Positions 48,604-62,214 of a stretch of 64,000 bases of DNA are shown here, piece by piece. The position numbers and the translations under genes were made by a program. The DNA comes from Utricularia gibba (taxonomy: Eukaryota; Plantae; Magnoliophyta), in assembly GCA_002189035.1 (NCBI GenBank), contig NEEC01000008.1, forward strand, positions 1,426,001 to 1,490,000. Direction: 5' to 3'. The notes under the pieces were generated by a model, which did no database searches, was not told the DNA's origin, and saw only the letters and a list, made by a program, of their open reading frames with translations. Position 1 is the stretch's first letter. Every line of letters begins with the position of its first letter.

Positions 48604-51060
48604 CTATCCTGGTTGCGGACCCTTCCTCTCCCATGAACCCTCTGTAGCGTTTATTCCCATGGACCGCAAGGCATGAATAAGGGTGGATATACCATCACCA
48701 AGTACAGGGGAAAGCTGTGACTTGACTTGTTGCTTAATCTGATGGTGTTGGGAGCAGCTTCGAGTTACTGCCCAATGCCGAGGAGGAGAGGATGAAAGGG
48801 CCAACGGTAATCCTGTCTCGGATAAAGAGAATATGGCTGATCAATCTTTCCTCCATCCAAGTGAAATGGGGTGTAAAGAGAGTCACAGAATAAAGGCCGC
48901 AGCGGTGGTACAGAATATGGTTGTGAGTCAAGATCAGATTGATCAGCAATGCAGTTACTAGTTGTAAGGTTGTGCGTCTGATCACCACATATGCATCAAA
49001 CAAGGGGCAGTTGTGTTGGTTTGTGTGGTGTATGTTTGATGCCATGAGTCGGGCGGTGGACCAGGAACCCATATTCGTTGTAAAGCATTTTATCTTTTGT
49101 AAGTTCACGATGTTAGTTGAATCCAAGGACTTACAGGCAAGAATATGAGAAACTTACTGGAGTTGGGTGTGGGATTGTTTACTGATCACCCAATCTGAGT
49201 CTTTTTTTTTCATCAAATGTAGCCTTATCATCTTCAGATTTGAGTTTCTGGTTTATGTTTCGTGGCTTCTGCTGTTCTTTGAGGTCAACAAGTGCTGTTT
49301 CTCCAAGATCAAGCTGGTGGAATTGAGTTGATCTTCAACCGAAATAATCCAGCACTGACGGGAAAAAGGGGTGGAATAGAATGCAAAGTCAGAGTACCAA
49401 GGATCATATCTTTGCCTTTCAGATCTTGCTCTGTGAGGCTCAACTCCAGCCGCCTAGTTCTTCAATGGGAAGCTTAGTAATCGACCACAAAGCTTTGGTT
49501 TTGGGCAGGAACATATGGTCTTTGTACAGCGTACCCTCCTGAACTTCCTTTAGAATCAGTGTGAGATCTATTAGACCAAACAATTTTGCTGGTGAGCCAA
49601 GTTGGATGCATGGCTCCCTCTCACACTGAAATAAGTGCTACGGTCGAAAAGAATAGGGAATTGAGATTGTCACCTCAAGGCCAGAGCTGACCATGCTTTT
49701 GGTTGCTGTAAGTTGAACAGAAAGTATGCAAGGAAATCAACAAACACAAACGGTTTTCTATTTTCGGTATCATCAAATGTCTCCTCACATGATCAGATAA
49801 TTAGCATTAGACAGAGAGAAACAAGACACAACAGAAAGAGTGAAAGAAACAGAGCATTTTCAGCTTTTTTTTACCCTTCTCCCAAATTGAAGATCTCATG
49901 GATCACCTTGAAGAATAAACACATCAGCACCATATCTTATCCCCTTGCTGCAGCCACATGCAGCATTTTCACATGCAACAAAATCACAATCCCCATTTTA
50001 CCAAAAGAGATTCCTGAACCAAACACACAGCTAAAATGCCAAATATTTTCCTAGAATGGTCTAACAGAGCATGTTCATGCTGGACAGCGGCTACATCCAC
50101 AGAGCCTTCTAGGAGAATGCAGCAGCAAACAATTGGTTGTTAGAAGGCGTCCTTCAATTTTTGAACAGAAGTTGTGGATTGTAGTCGAAGGAAAACTCCA
50201 GATTAGAAGACTCTTGACAGCAAGTAAACTAAAAAAGAAAACAATGTACGTACATCTGTGAGAGTTTTGCCAGTTTGTCAGACAGAAAAATAAAAGTGCA
50301 TTACAAAACCTGTTGACACCGACCTATTCCCCCTGTTGATTGCAACGCAGGCCTCCAATCATTTAATCTAATCCCTGGAGTTTATTCAGCAGCCATTACA
50401 CTAATTGTGCTTCTAATAAAGTGATCAAGATGTCGATAAGTACTGGTCTGATTTCTCTTAAAACTTTCTGGGCCAAATCCCGACACATTCAATGTGTGAA
50501 ACAGTGACATTGTTGTGGACCTAAGAATTTCGCTAGCCCAGAAGAACTCTTCAGTTGCAGGAAATCAATATCTGCAGACATAAATAAATAAATATATATA
50601 TATATCTAAAAATGTTGGAATCACCAAGGTCATCATCCTTTCCATCACTGCAGTCCCGCAACTTGCAGATAAACCTAGTTTCCCATCGATCGAACACTAC
50701 GAATCTCTCCCATTACTCCAACTGGATTCCTTCACTTCCACTGGCCCATAAAACTACACAAGGGAAAAAGATCCAGCATTTCAGATCAGGGTTGTCGAGA
50801 TACGAAATGGTCACAGTGAAACACCACGAGAGATGCGGTAAAAGGAGGATGAACAACCTGCAGAGCTTGACAGAGTAAAAACGGACAAGAATCAAATTAA
50901 TTACAGAGACGCAGAGAGGCTGCGTGGAAGCCCCACCAGGACAACCAACGGATGGTCCTCCACGCTCACCCCTACACCGAGCCTCCATCGAACACTCGTT
51001 GCCAAGAATCAAATCCATCATCATCCCAAGCCCCCCAGCCCTAAACTCAAAAATGGCCAT
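48604..51060 (-). pseudogene. Unidentified spliced minus-strand unit with broken reading frames (decayed gene or lncRNA)
   Basis: Site-II TGGGCY motifs at about 51175-51200, several GT/AG pairs, and one intron (49157-48978) that joins two protein-like frames in phase. No long intact ORF. Confidence 0.35.
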
Positions 51061-54000
51061 CCACCCACCCACACAGTAAAAAAATAACCTTTAATATTAA
51101 AAACATTTTAAAACTAATCAAATATTTATTTTCAACTAATATTATAATACAAATATTATATGAATCACCGACGTGGGCTATCAAATGGGCTTGCAGCCCA
51201 ATAAGGGACGGTACTTTTGGATTCCGGTGGACCAATTTAGTAATTGACCGAGGCAGCGTCCGGTCAATTCGGTTGGACTTTTAAAATGCACAATAATGTC
51301 AATGGTGCCCAATCCCACAATATCTCGAATTAAAAATAATAATAAATAATATATTCGTGTGTAAATTAGGAAAATTGAATTTGCCGGTGGGTAATAATGC
51401 TGTGTTACGCATCATTGATCCTTGGAGTGAGTACGCGTACAGCTACGAAATTATGTTGCCCTGGGCATGAAAATTGACGGCCACCATTAAATCAATCTTG
51501 ATGATGTGCGGTATTTATGGCTTTTAAATATGGAAATCGACGGCCCCTGTTTTCCCCAACCGGCTGCCGGAAAATAAGCAGCTTTATTTAATTTTTTTTT
51601 TACTTAAATAGGAATATAAAGTACGAGTGGGAGTAAAAACCTATGGTTGTGTTTGTTAGATATAATTTGGCAGTACTTTTATTATTATTATTTAAAAAAA
51701 CAAATATTTTATAGACAAAATAAATATTTAGCGTTAGGAAATAAAATAGAATGAGAGGAGGTGAGCTTTGGATATTGCACATAACATAATCAAAATTTAT
51801 CATTATTTAATATTATATTAAAAAGATTTTCCACTCCAATTTCAATCATTTTATCATTTTTTCTTGATTTATTAAATTGATAATAATTTTGATAATTTTA
51901 CTCTTTCTTTGAAACCTTGTTGGATTTGATGTTAGAGAATTGAATATCAAAATTATTTCTCTTTTCTAAACTTAATAAGATGTAAGTTGAATTATTTGTA
52001 TTTGAATAAGAAATGAATATAGGGTCTTTATGGATAGGATTGTATTATGTATTTTTTATATTATTTTTCTAATACAAGATATAATCATCTTTTTATAATA
52101 TTAAATATTTTAACATATTTATTATCCTAATTTCAATTTATCAATCAAATATATATTTTAAAACATTTCACTATTGAAACATATCACTTTTTTATTTAAT
52201 ATTCTTATGAAAACATTTTTTGGTGTATCAATTTTACTAAAACAAACACACCCAATGTTGTTATGCAGAGTTGCACTTTTGCTTATATTCATATTGGAGT
52301 GATCCTACTCCAATAATCTGATTTCTTTTTTTCTATTATAATTGGTTATTAAATTATATATACTATTGATTTATTGTAACACATATGTTATATAAATATT
52401 ATAAAAAATGAAAAGTAAATCTACATTTTGACTAGGTCAAATTGATTTCAAATCAGTGAAGTGAGGTCATCCCCTTCATTATGCGAGAAAAATGAACATC
52501 TTTATTTAAAAAACTTTAACTTAATGTATGGTATAAAATGAGAGCGTAGCCACATTTGTATAACCGTAGTAAAATGTATCGATTTGGAATTTTTCCACAT
52601 TCAAACCAGCGAAATTTTGACTGGTTTGAAAAATGATCAATATCAGTTAAAAAATTTTGACTTAGTGTGTGATATAGAATGAGAGTACAGTTACATTTGT
52701 AAATGATTATAGTAAAGTGTATTGATTTGGAATTTATGCATAGAATGTGTTTGGTTCCAAATGTAGAAAATATATGTTATCTCACATGATATTCTGATAT
52801 GGATGTATCATCAAAATCTGATTTTTATATTAATTTATTATATATATATATATATTATATTTCCAATTTCAACCGGATATCACATTTTATTTATCATTCT
52901 ATATTATATTAAAAAAAGAAAAGAAAAAGAAAAGAAAAGAAAAGAAAAAGGTAAAGCATCCCACCCCAACCCAGCGCTACTGGCAGAAAAATTCAACGGC
53001 GCAGATCCGTGGTGGAAAGGTCGCAGTTGTTTCGTCTGTCGTTCGTTGATCAGATCAGCGCTTTTAAATATTGACCTGTCCTTTTTCTTTCCCTCTTTTA
53101 TTTTTGGTTTCGATACTGAAAGTGCGAGGGAGGGAATCCCCGATTCCTTGAGGGGGAGTAACCGTTTTTGTATCCACTCTCCCAGTCAATGTCTGCTACT
53201 CACCGCAGGCAAAAAAGTCCAGAAACAACTTTTACTGCGTGGGTTAATATGTGAATATTTCCTAGTCCCTTAATCTTCTCGCAAGTCTTTTTGTGTGGAG
53301 AGGAAGGGGGGAGAAGGGACAAAATAAACGATAGAGAAAAAGCAAAGTGATGCCAGGAGTGGTAGGAGACAAAGGAGCAGGGAATTTGCAACGAACGCTT
53401 CCAGTAGTCGGAACAACCTTTGACCCGAATCACACATTTGAACAGGTCGGAGATCCCCCAAAGTCGTTGCTGCCCAGACACCTTTTTTTCCTTTCTCGTC
53501 TGCTGCTTCTTGGTCTAATTATTACAGTGGAGAGTGAGCTGGGCTCCCAACACCAAATATTTCAATCATAACAATAAAATGAATAAATAAATAAATAATA
53601 GTAATGCCCTTAGCCCTCATAGAGACCGTATCCGCATCTTTTTGGTTCAAATAGGAAGCACTATGATTCGCAGCCGGGCCCCACCGTTAATCACTGGGGT
53701 CTCCCGCTGACAGCTGGATTCTTGTTTTTCAATAAATTCATTTTTTTTAAAATAAATAATTAATATCATCAATTTAATGCTCTTAATCAAACTTTCGAAA
53801 ATAAATTTCCATATCCTTTTTATGTGTTGTTTTTCCTTTTCCTTTCAAATTTTTATTATAATAATTTTTACTTAGTTTTTTTTTAAATTAATTTTTGTTC
53901 TAACCATTAAGGGAATTATGTTTTCAAATAATAAAAATTTAAAAACGTTTGCTAATACAAAAATCCATTGTTCTTTTTTTTTTCTTTTCAAAAATCATAT

Positions 54001-56269
54001 TTCAAAAATATTTTATTTTTCAAACAATGCAATCAAACACAGCTCATGTCTTCAAATATAGACATGTATTCATAATAATATTAATTTTTATAAATATATC
54101 TCCAATAATCATGTGATTTGTACAATATTTATATAATTATTTTAAATATATATATTAAATAATTTTCTATCATATAAGTTTTCTTAATTATACAAATTTG
54201 AATTTTTTTTCTTCAATCGGGTCATTCAGAAAATTGCCATCCTGCATTTCTTTATCACTAATTTTTTATACATATAGAGACAATTTTTCTCATACTAGAG
54301 GATGTTTACTTTTCTAACACTCTTACATCCTAAATTTTAATGATATAATTCAAATATATAATTAATTATTTCTAATTACAAAATATAATAGCTTGCGTCC
54401 ATCCCTGTGTGGTACGGAAAGCCTATGTTCATCTACAGACAAAAAAAAAAAGGAGCGAAGGAGTGGTAGTCTTGGGATGGGTGGCTACGAGACAACATAT
54501 CCCCAAATAATGCCGAGGGGAGGAGATTGAATAGGGTGTGTTGTAGTTGACCTGAGAGATAGAAATAATAAGCCGACAAGAGTAAATGGGTGCTGTGTGT
54601 TATGTGATTCTCCTTCTTGGCGCAGCAAAGGAATGAGTTATGGGGCGTCATTGAAGGCCTAGACAGCGGGCATTATCATGACAAGTACACTACCACAATC
54701 ACTTATTAAATAGCTCCAATAAACGCCCCTCCCTCGGGAAGGCACTCCCTTTTCACTGCGCTGGATGTAAACGAAGACATGGCCATGGCGTCCTGGGAAG
54801 AAGAGAAGAGAAGGGAGAGCATGCGGGGGGTGAAAAAGGGGGAAAAAGAGAGTCAATGTGACATGGTTTCACCATGGCCTTATACTCCTATCGTAGAGAC
54901 AGAATCATCACACTCTCTGTACGCGCACATTGTGCTCGGGTTCATATCCTCACTCCCCCACAATAATTTGGAACTTTGTACACCTCTTTCCCAATAATAA
55001 TTGATGTTTTTTAGAGGCTATTTCCTTCAAAAAATGATCCTATTCCAATCCTAGTGGATGGTTGTAATGAAAGGTAGGCAAAAACCAGACCAGCTGCTGC
55101 TACAGATGCATGTATGCACTGTGTTAGAAAATCAGTTCATCATTATCTTGTAGTAAATCGCATTAGCTGCCGCTAACTAACTACGAGGTTATTACAATTA
55201 GTGATGCATGCGGGCTCCTTTAATTTGATTGCTATTCTCGCCACCGGCAGCAGCAGCAACTGAGTGTAAAGTTGGCTAGCGCGGACTGCCAAGATAAAAA
55301 AAAAAAAAAAAGTAAGAGAAAGTAATTACCGCAGTAACTATCACCCTTCCCGGTTTCCCTGTGCTTCACCTAACCACCATGGAGTAAAAAGCTTCTTTCC
55401 AACAGTAAAAAGCATGAGATTTACCCCGAAAAAAAGCCCAAAACTACTACTACTACTACGAGTTTCCTCTCCTCCATGTGATGAGTTGGACTTAGAATGA
55501 AACGTGTGTGTTGTTTGTGTGTGTAGGGGCAGGTAGGTTTACCTTCTCTTCTTCCTTGTGTCCCTCTGCGGAGTGGGAATGCAGCAGAAACAGGGCAGCC
55601 TGCACAAGGAACACACCTGCCACTGCTTTATATCTCCTTGTGCCCTTTCGGGCAACCAAAAAAATGACCAAACGGTAACAGTAATTTATTTCTTACCCTT
55701 TATTTCCTAACCGATGAACTTTGTAATATTACCACAGCATCGAATGAGACCATTGAGATGAAACCGGTAACTTCCATAATAGGGAAAGAAAGAAAGGAAG
55801 AGGCGTGCTGCTCCGACCCGACCCGGCCCGCCCCACCTTTTGATTTTATAGGACGCCTTTTAACCCTAAATGAGCTTCTTTTTTTTTTCCCTTTTTTGCC
55901 CTTCTTTTTAAGGGCGTTTGCTTTTAATTTATGTTACGGGGTCTTTTAAGTACGTGCATGGAGGCCGTTAATGGTCCACCCGCTTTGGTTCGGGTAAAAT
56001 CTCCGACCCGGTAGATGGGGCCCATATGGAATGGGACCCACGTGTACAAGACTTCGCGCGAACAAGTACTCACGTGTTCGGTTGTCTTATATTCAATTTT
56101 TGTTATTTTTTATAATTGTTTCTGAATTTTAATTACGAATTTTCTCCCACTCACACACACCAGCACGCACTTCGGATCACAGATATATACAACACCGGAG
56201 CAGGCATTTGCAGAGGTAACAAGGCTCTTTCTTCTCTTCTCTTACTGGCCTCCACCCCAAAGTCTTGCT

Positions 56270-56290
56270 CTCTCTCTCTCTCTCTCTCTC
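56270..56290. repeat. (CT)n microsatellite in the CYCD3 leader
   Basis: About 10 CT units read directly. Confidence 0.85.
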
Positions 56291-56409
56291 TAACGCACAG
56301 CTACACACACTAACCAGGAATGGCTCTGGCTTCTGGGTCGTTGAACAATGTCTGTTTTCATATCTTCCGTTTGACTTAGAATGAGCGGTATCTTGTTCCC
56401 TAGAGGAAT

Positions 56410-57688
56410 ATGTTTCCCCGTCACGGATCCGTGTTTGTTGACTCTCTGTATTGCGAGGAGGAGGAGTCTTGGGATAGTGGAGAGGTGATTCAGGGACATG
56501 GGGAAGAAGAGGAGTATGCTGAGGAAGGTGAAGGGGATAATGGTGAAGTTTGCGACTTTGACGAGCGAGATTCGTGGGAAGATGAAGATTTGAGCTCCCT
56601 GCTTAAAAAGGAAATGGAAATCGATTTGTGTGATGATTTTGAGGAGTACCCTTTTCCTGCTAGGGCTGAGGCGGTGGAGTGGATGCTTGGTGTTGTTGGG
56701 TATTATTCGTTTTCTGCACAAACTGCGGTTCTTGGAGTGAACTATTTAGACAGATTTCTCAGTAGTTTCAAAACCCACAAGGATAAGCCATGGACCATAC
56801 ACCTTGCTGCGGTTGCTTGTCTTTCTTTAGCTGCTAAAGTTGAAGAAACTCAAGTTCCCCTGCTCTTGGATCTCCAAGTATGTCTAAAGTTCCAGTCTTT
56901 ATGACCCATATCTGCATTGTGAAGGATTTTCTGAAATGGGTTCCTCTGTTTGTGTTCAGGTTGAATCTAAATATGTCTTTGAAGCGAAAACAATTCAAAG
57001 AATGGAGATTTTAGTCCTGTCCACACTTCAGTGGAAGATGAACTCTGTTACTCCTCTTTCCTTCCTTCATTACATTTCGAAACAGCTTGGATTCAGGGGG
57101 TTTCTACTTCGGGATTTTCTCAGGAGATGTGAACCATTGCTCCTCTCTGTTCTTTCTGGTAAAAAAACTTTTACAGTTAAACACACCCAGAAATTTTAAT
57201 GGACTGTATATTAAAGGATTCTTCATTCCGCTTCCAGATTGCAGATTCACGAGATGTTTGCCTTCTGCAATAGCTACTGCTACAATGCTGTTCGTTGTGA
57301 GAAGCTTTGAACCGGCAATCGCCGTAGACTGCCCCGGGCAACTCATCGGAATCCTGGGAATCAACAAGGTTTTTTTTTCTTTTGTAAAATTTCAAACTTT
57401 ATTCCACTGTGCGCCGTTTGAAAGAAAGAAGCAAATTATTGACTTTTCCCATTGAAACCTAAGCAGGACAAAGTCGAAGAATGCTGCAGTCTATTGCAAG
57501 AAGCAGCGATGACATTGTCTTACAACAAAAGAAAAAATGGGCCAATCTCGGAAAGCCCCACCGGAATTGTGGACGTCTGTTTCAGTTCCGACACCTCCTG
57601 CAATGAATTCTGCCAAATGGGGTTGCTCCCCGCCTCCGTCTGCCCCTCCCCGGCGCCACCGAGCAAGAAAAACAAGCCCGATTTTTAA
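56410..57688 (+). CDS. CYCD3: D3-type cyclin. Exons 56410-56877, 56960-57158, 57238-57368, 57467-57688
   Basis: RBR-binding LYCEE (LxCxE), AEAVEWML, AVACLSLAAKVEETQVPLLLDLQV, FEAKTIQRMEILVLSTLQWKMN. Confidence 0.95.
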
Positions 57689-58990
57689 TTATTTTATTCA
57701 CCCACCCATAACTGACATTTTCGTTTTGCGTCTCCGATTATTATCCGGGGAATAATCGAATTAACTGTACGAATCCGAATGGAGACGGCGATCGATCATC
57801 TCCGTATTGTCATAGCAAATCAAATCTCCGACGAGTTTCAGAAATGCGCCGTCGTGTAATGATGATACCGTATGTAAATAAATCTTCCCTTTTCATCATC
57901 ATTATCATTATTTTACAACGCCCATAATCACCCCCGATTCTTCTCCATTTACCTCAGCCGTGTGCCGCCTGCCGCCGCCCCGGATGAGGCGGATCAGTAG
58001 ACTATCTGATCGCTCCCTAGAACCTGAACTGTTAAACTAATCCCTACGCTACATGCGCTCATGAACCCTAAATCATGTGCATTAGCAAATCCCTAGCATT
58101 TACTATTTAATCATATTACAAAATAATGCGATTTTGGCAAGCTCAGCCCAGATACATGTGGGCCCAACAATAGTTTTGGAGTTCAAACAGCCCAATATTG
58201 ATGGTGGCCAATATCTGGGCTTTGGAGTAGACAGTAAAATAGTATTTGATACATGAAAATAGAATAAAATGAATTTAATTTATTTGATTTTAAATAAATG
58301 TAATGTAAAAGTATTAATTCTTAATTATTAGAATTAAAAATAGAATTAATTGACCTTAAGTAAAATAAAAAATATATGTGATTCTAAATAAATCTTTATG
58401 TATAAGATTAAAAAAATCCGTGCTATCTCAATTTTATTTAAATTTATCAATTAAATATCTTATAATTTATTATTTTGCATTTAAATCCATATAATTAATC
58501 AACAAAATACATCTTGAAATTAAATATATTTATAAATATTTTATAATTACATGTAAATGGAATAAAACATAAGCTTAGTTATATTGAATCAAATGAAGAT
58601 GAAACTTAAATAGGTTGCCCATTCAAGAAAATGAAATCTTCATTGATCTTTTTAAATTTCTTTAATACTCATGACATGCAATAAAAAAAAAAAAACGAGT
58701 TAGACTCGTATAATGTATGATATATTCGTCATTAATTTGATAGGAATGAGATAAAATGAGTGAAATCTAGAAATTATGGAGTTGCTAATTATGTGCAAGG
58801 AACCATATAATAAGGGATTATTGAGGAATTGTAAGAGAATAAATACTATACTATATAGTTTGTGTTGTGGGGGTAAGCTTTTGGATTAGTTGGGGCCGTT
58901 TGGGAATTAACTTCTTTTTGGGCACCTTCGCCTTGAAACTTTCCTGAAGTGCGCCATCATTTCTTCTTCGTATTTCTGAAGCTTTCAGCT

Positions 58991-60767
58991 ATGGCTTCAT
59001 TCTCCCAAAATCAGTTTCAGCAATTTCATCAGCAGCAGCCTCAGCAATCGAAGCCCTTCAGGTACTTTTCGCCCGAGAATTTTCTGTGCGGATGCAAAGA
59101 GAGATTTTTTTGGATTTGGTTTTTTCAATTTAGGTTTTTGCGGTTGAGCTAGATTGTTGTTTTCAATCTGCTTCGTCTTGTTGTATGTGTTTGGAAATGG
59201 GGTTTTCTTTTTCTATCACAGTGATTTGTATAACAACAGCATGGAGGGGCAGATTCCGCAGCCTGTTGTCTACTTCAACACCCCAAATCTGCTCGATAAT
59301 CATCCACCCTATATCCCTCCTTGTATTTTCGCTGATCCTTGAAAGGCTTTTTATTTTTTCGTTCTTTGTGATTTCTTCTGGCGTTTTTGTTGAATCATTT
59401 CTATCCATTATCAGTTCAAGTAGCGGGGCTGGCACCAGTTCCCGTTCGTGAAGAAGACGGGCTTGATTTACAGTGGAATTTTGGTTTGGCATTGAAGAAG
59501 ACAACGCCCACGGAGCAATTTTTTCTTGAGAACAATTTTAACAGCAGCAGTAACAATAACTCGCAGATATCATCGGCGGAGCTGCTGCATCCGCTGTCTG
59601 TGTCAACTGGCCTGGGTCTTTCCTTGGAAAATCCACTGTTGACTTCGTCCGGTGATTCAACTCTTATTGGTCTCGGGTGTGATTCGATTGAACAAGAATT
59701 GCGAAGGCAGGATGCTGATATTGATAGATATGTTAAGCTTCAGGTGGGTTCTTATAGCTTTTGTTTTGCTTTGTTTTGTTTTTTTTTTTGAGTAATGTTA
59801 TTCACACTTTGCTCGTTGTATTGTATGGTTGTGCTTTCTTCTTTTATCAAATTCGATACGTGTAAGCGTTGAGTTTACATCCATTTTATTGAAATCAGTT
59901 CTTCCTTCCTCTGTTTGACAAAATTCGAACAAAAGGATCCTTTTTGGTTTAGGCATCTCTCTGTGTTTCTGCTTACTAAATGGATTTCTTTTTCGTAAGG
60001 TTCACAGTTCTGTATATAATCTATAAATCTGTCATTGTTCAACGTGAGAAGATTTTTCACTGGTGTGTATACCTGCTCAAGTGTAGTCCATCTCGTACAA
60101 TTCTTCTCTTGGTGCACTAGATAAGGTCTCTGTGCGTGTTGCTCTGAAATTTCACGTTTTGTGCAAGTAATGAGTGTGATGCTCTCATTGATCTGTTAAT
60201 CTTGAGGCTCTTCCATCTGGATAGTTATAGCTGTAAATTCTAATTTGATCACAGGGTGATCGTCTCCGGCAAGCTGTTCTGGAGAAGTTCCAGGCAGCCC
60301 AACTTCAAACCATCTCATACGTGGAGGAGAAGGTGATGCAGAAAATCCGTGAGAAGGATGCTGAGGTAGAAGGCATCAACAAGAAGAACCTGGAGCTGGA
60401 GCTGCGAGTCGATCGCCTCTCAATGGAGGCCAATGCATGGCAACAAAGAGCAAAACACATCGAGAACATGATCAGCAGCTTGAAGCTGAATCTCCAGCAG
60501 GTCTGTGCTCAAGCTAGAGATAGCATAGAAGGGTGCGGAGACAGCGAGGTGAAAGACACCGCCTCCTGCTGCAATGGCCGCCCCGCCGACCTCCCCCTCT
60601 GCACCAACCGGAATCCGATGGCGTGCAAGGCGTGTGGGGTGAAGCGAGTTTGCATGCTTCTGTTCCCCTGTAAGCATCTCTGCTTGTGTAAAGAATGCGA
60701 GAGCAAGCTGAGCATCTGCCCCCTCTGCCAGTCATGGAAATACACCGGCATGGAGGTCTATATGTGA
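58991..60767 (+). CDS. SBP1: S-RNase-binding protein 1 / BOI-related RING E3 ligase. Exons 58991-59061, 59222-59322, 59415-59743, 60255-60767
   Basis: DLYNNSMEGQIPQPVVYFN, VSTGLGLSL, ELRRQDADIDRYVKLQGD, EAN AWQQRAK, EGCGDSEV, and a RING-HC CKACGV...LFPCKHLCLCKECESKLSICPLC...GMEVYM. Confidence 0.93.
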
Positions 60768-62214
60768 TTAGGAAGCTAACGCATCCTTCATCCCTTGTAC
60801 CTGCTGTGCATCTTGTATTGTATGAATTGCAATCCACGTGGATTGAATCATATTCCATTACAAAACCAATGCCACGTGGCGTGTTGTCCATTTCGTTGTA
60901 TTAAATAAAAATATATGATAAAAAAAGTAAATTATTCTCCGACTTGAATTGAAGGGTATTTTGGTAAATTAAGGATTCCTTGTGAGGTCTGACGCCTTTC
61001 ATCAGTTTCATGTGAGTGGGGTGGGGAACCTGGAAAAATGTTGAATGGAGACCGAGATCATTAATATCCAGCTGTGTATTTCTTTTTATAATAAATTAAT
61101 AGAATCTGGATCATTGTTTTAAAAATTGCTTAAATTTATTTTTTATAATAAATTGAATCAAAATTAATTATTTTTAAGTATCTTTTAAAATGCTTAAGAA
61201 AGACAAATTATTATTTAAAAGAATTTAAATTCATTTTTAAATTTATTCATAAATTTAAATTGAATGAATCTAAGTCCAAGTTAAATTCATAATTTTAAAA
61301 TATTAGTTAATAATTTAATTTCACCAACTTTATTTTCCATTTCTTTTATGGTCCAATTTGAGAATTGAGGCACAGCCCAATCATTTGATGTCTCAAGTTC
61401 ATTACTTTGATGTTTTGTGTATAAGATAATATTAGAATAAATGATCATACATTGAAAAATGAAAGTAAATATAATAAATTATAAATAAATAATAATTAAT
61501 TAAATCTAATAGAAAATATGATTTATGATTTATTATATATTGTACTTTACACATGTACTTGTAACATCTAATGACATAATTAATTTAAACATAAGAGTGA
61601 TGGTGGATAGACAACATCTGAAACCATGTGGCTGCGCAGGGGAAGAGGAGGGGAGGGGGCAGAAATTCATCTGTGGGGTATGAATGGGGGGAGGAGAAGC
61701 TGCAGCTGTTAGGAAGTTGATAAATATTGCATATAAAATATTAATTATTAAAACAAATAATCTCATATCGAAATTGAAAAATAAAATACTTAAATATTTT
61801 TGAATATGATTCATTCTAATATAATTAGGCTTGATGTTCGTCTGCGCTATAGATACTGAATTTCAACACTCATTAGATGGCTGGCTGGCTGGCTGGCTCC
61901 ATTTCAATGAAACAGATAAGGAATCTACACCAACAAAAGCACTGCGCGAAAGACAAGGAGCTGTAATAACCATGAGACCTCATTTGTAAAGCTGGATCAA
62001 GTGGTTTGTTTTTCTTTTGGGATTCAAGGCGGAAGTGTTTGTTATCGAGATTGTGATATCAATGGGCGAAAAGTCGACAGAATTCACATGCCCTTTCGGA
62101 GTTCAAAAGGCTGCGCCTCCGCCTCTTTTCTTCGCATAAAAGGCAGGGATAGAGTGCCCCTGTTTCCCTGTTGCATTCCGTTCGACATTTCGTCCACGGC
62201 TGCTTTTCTGTTCC

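Noticed and set aside
50382-50510. 42-aa uORF as a bZIP S1 sucrose-repression peptide
   Set aside because: It lacks the conserved C-terminal FLYW/YxxS motif and no bZIP ORF follows.
51405-51512. AATCTTGATGATG resembles miR172
   Set aside because: Only 13 nt match and the upstream complementary arm is poor.
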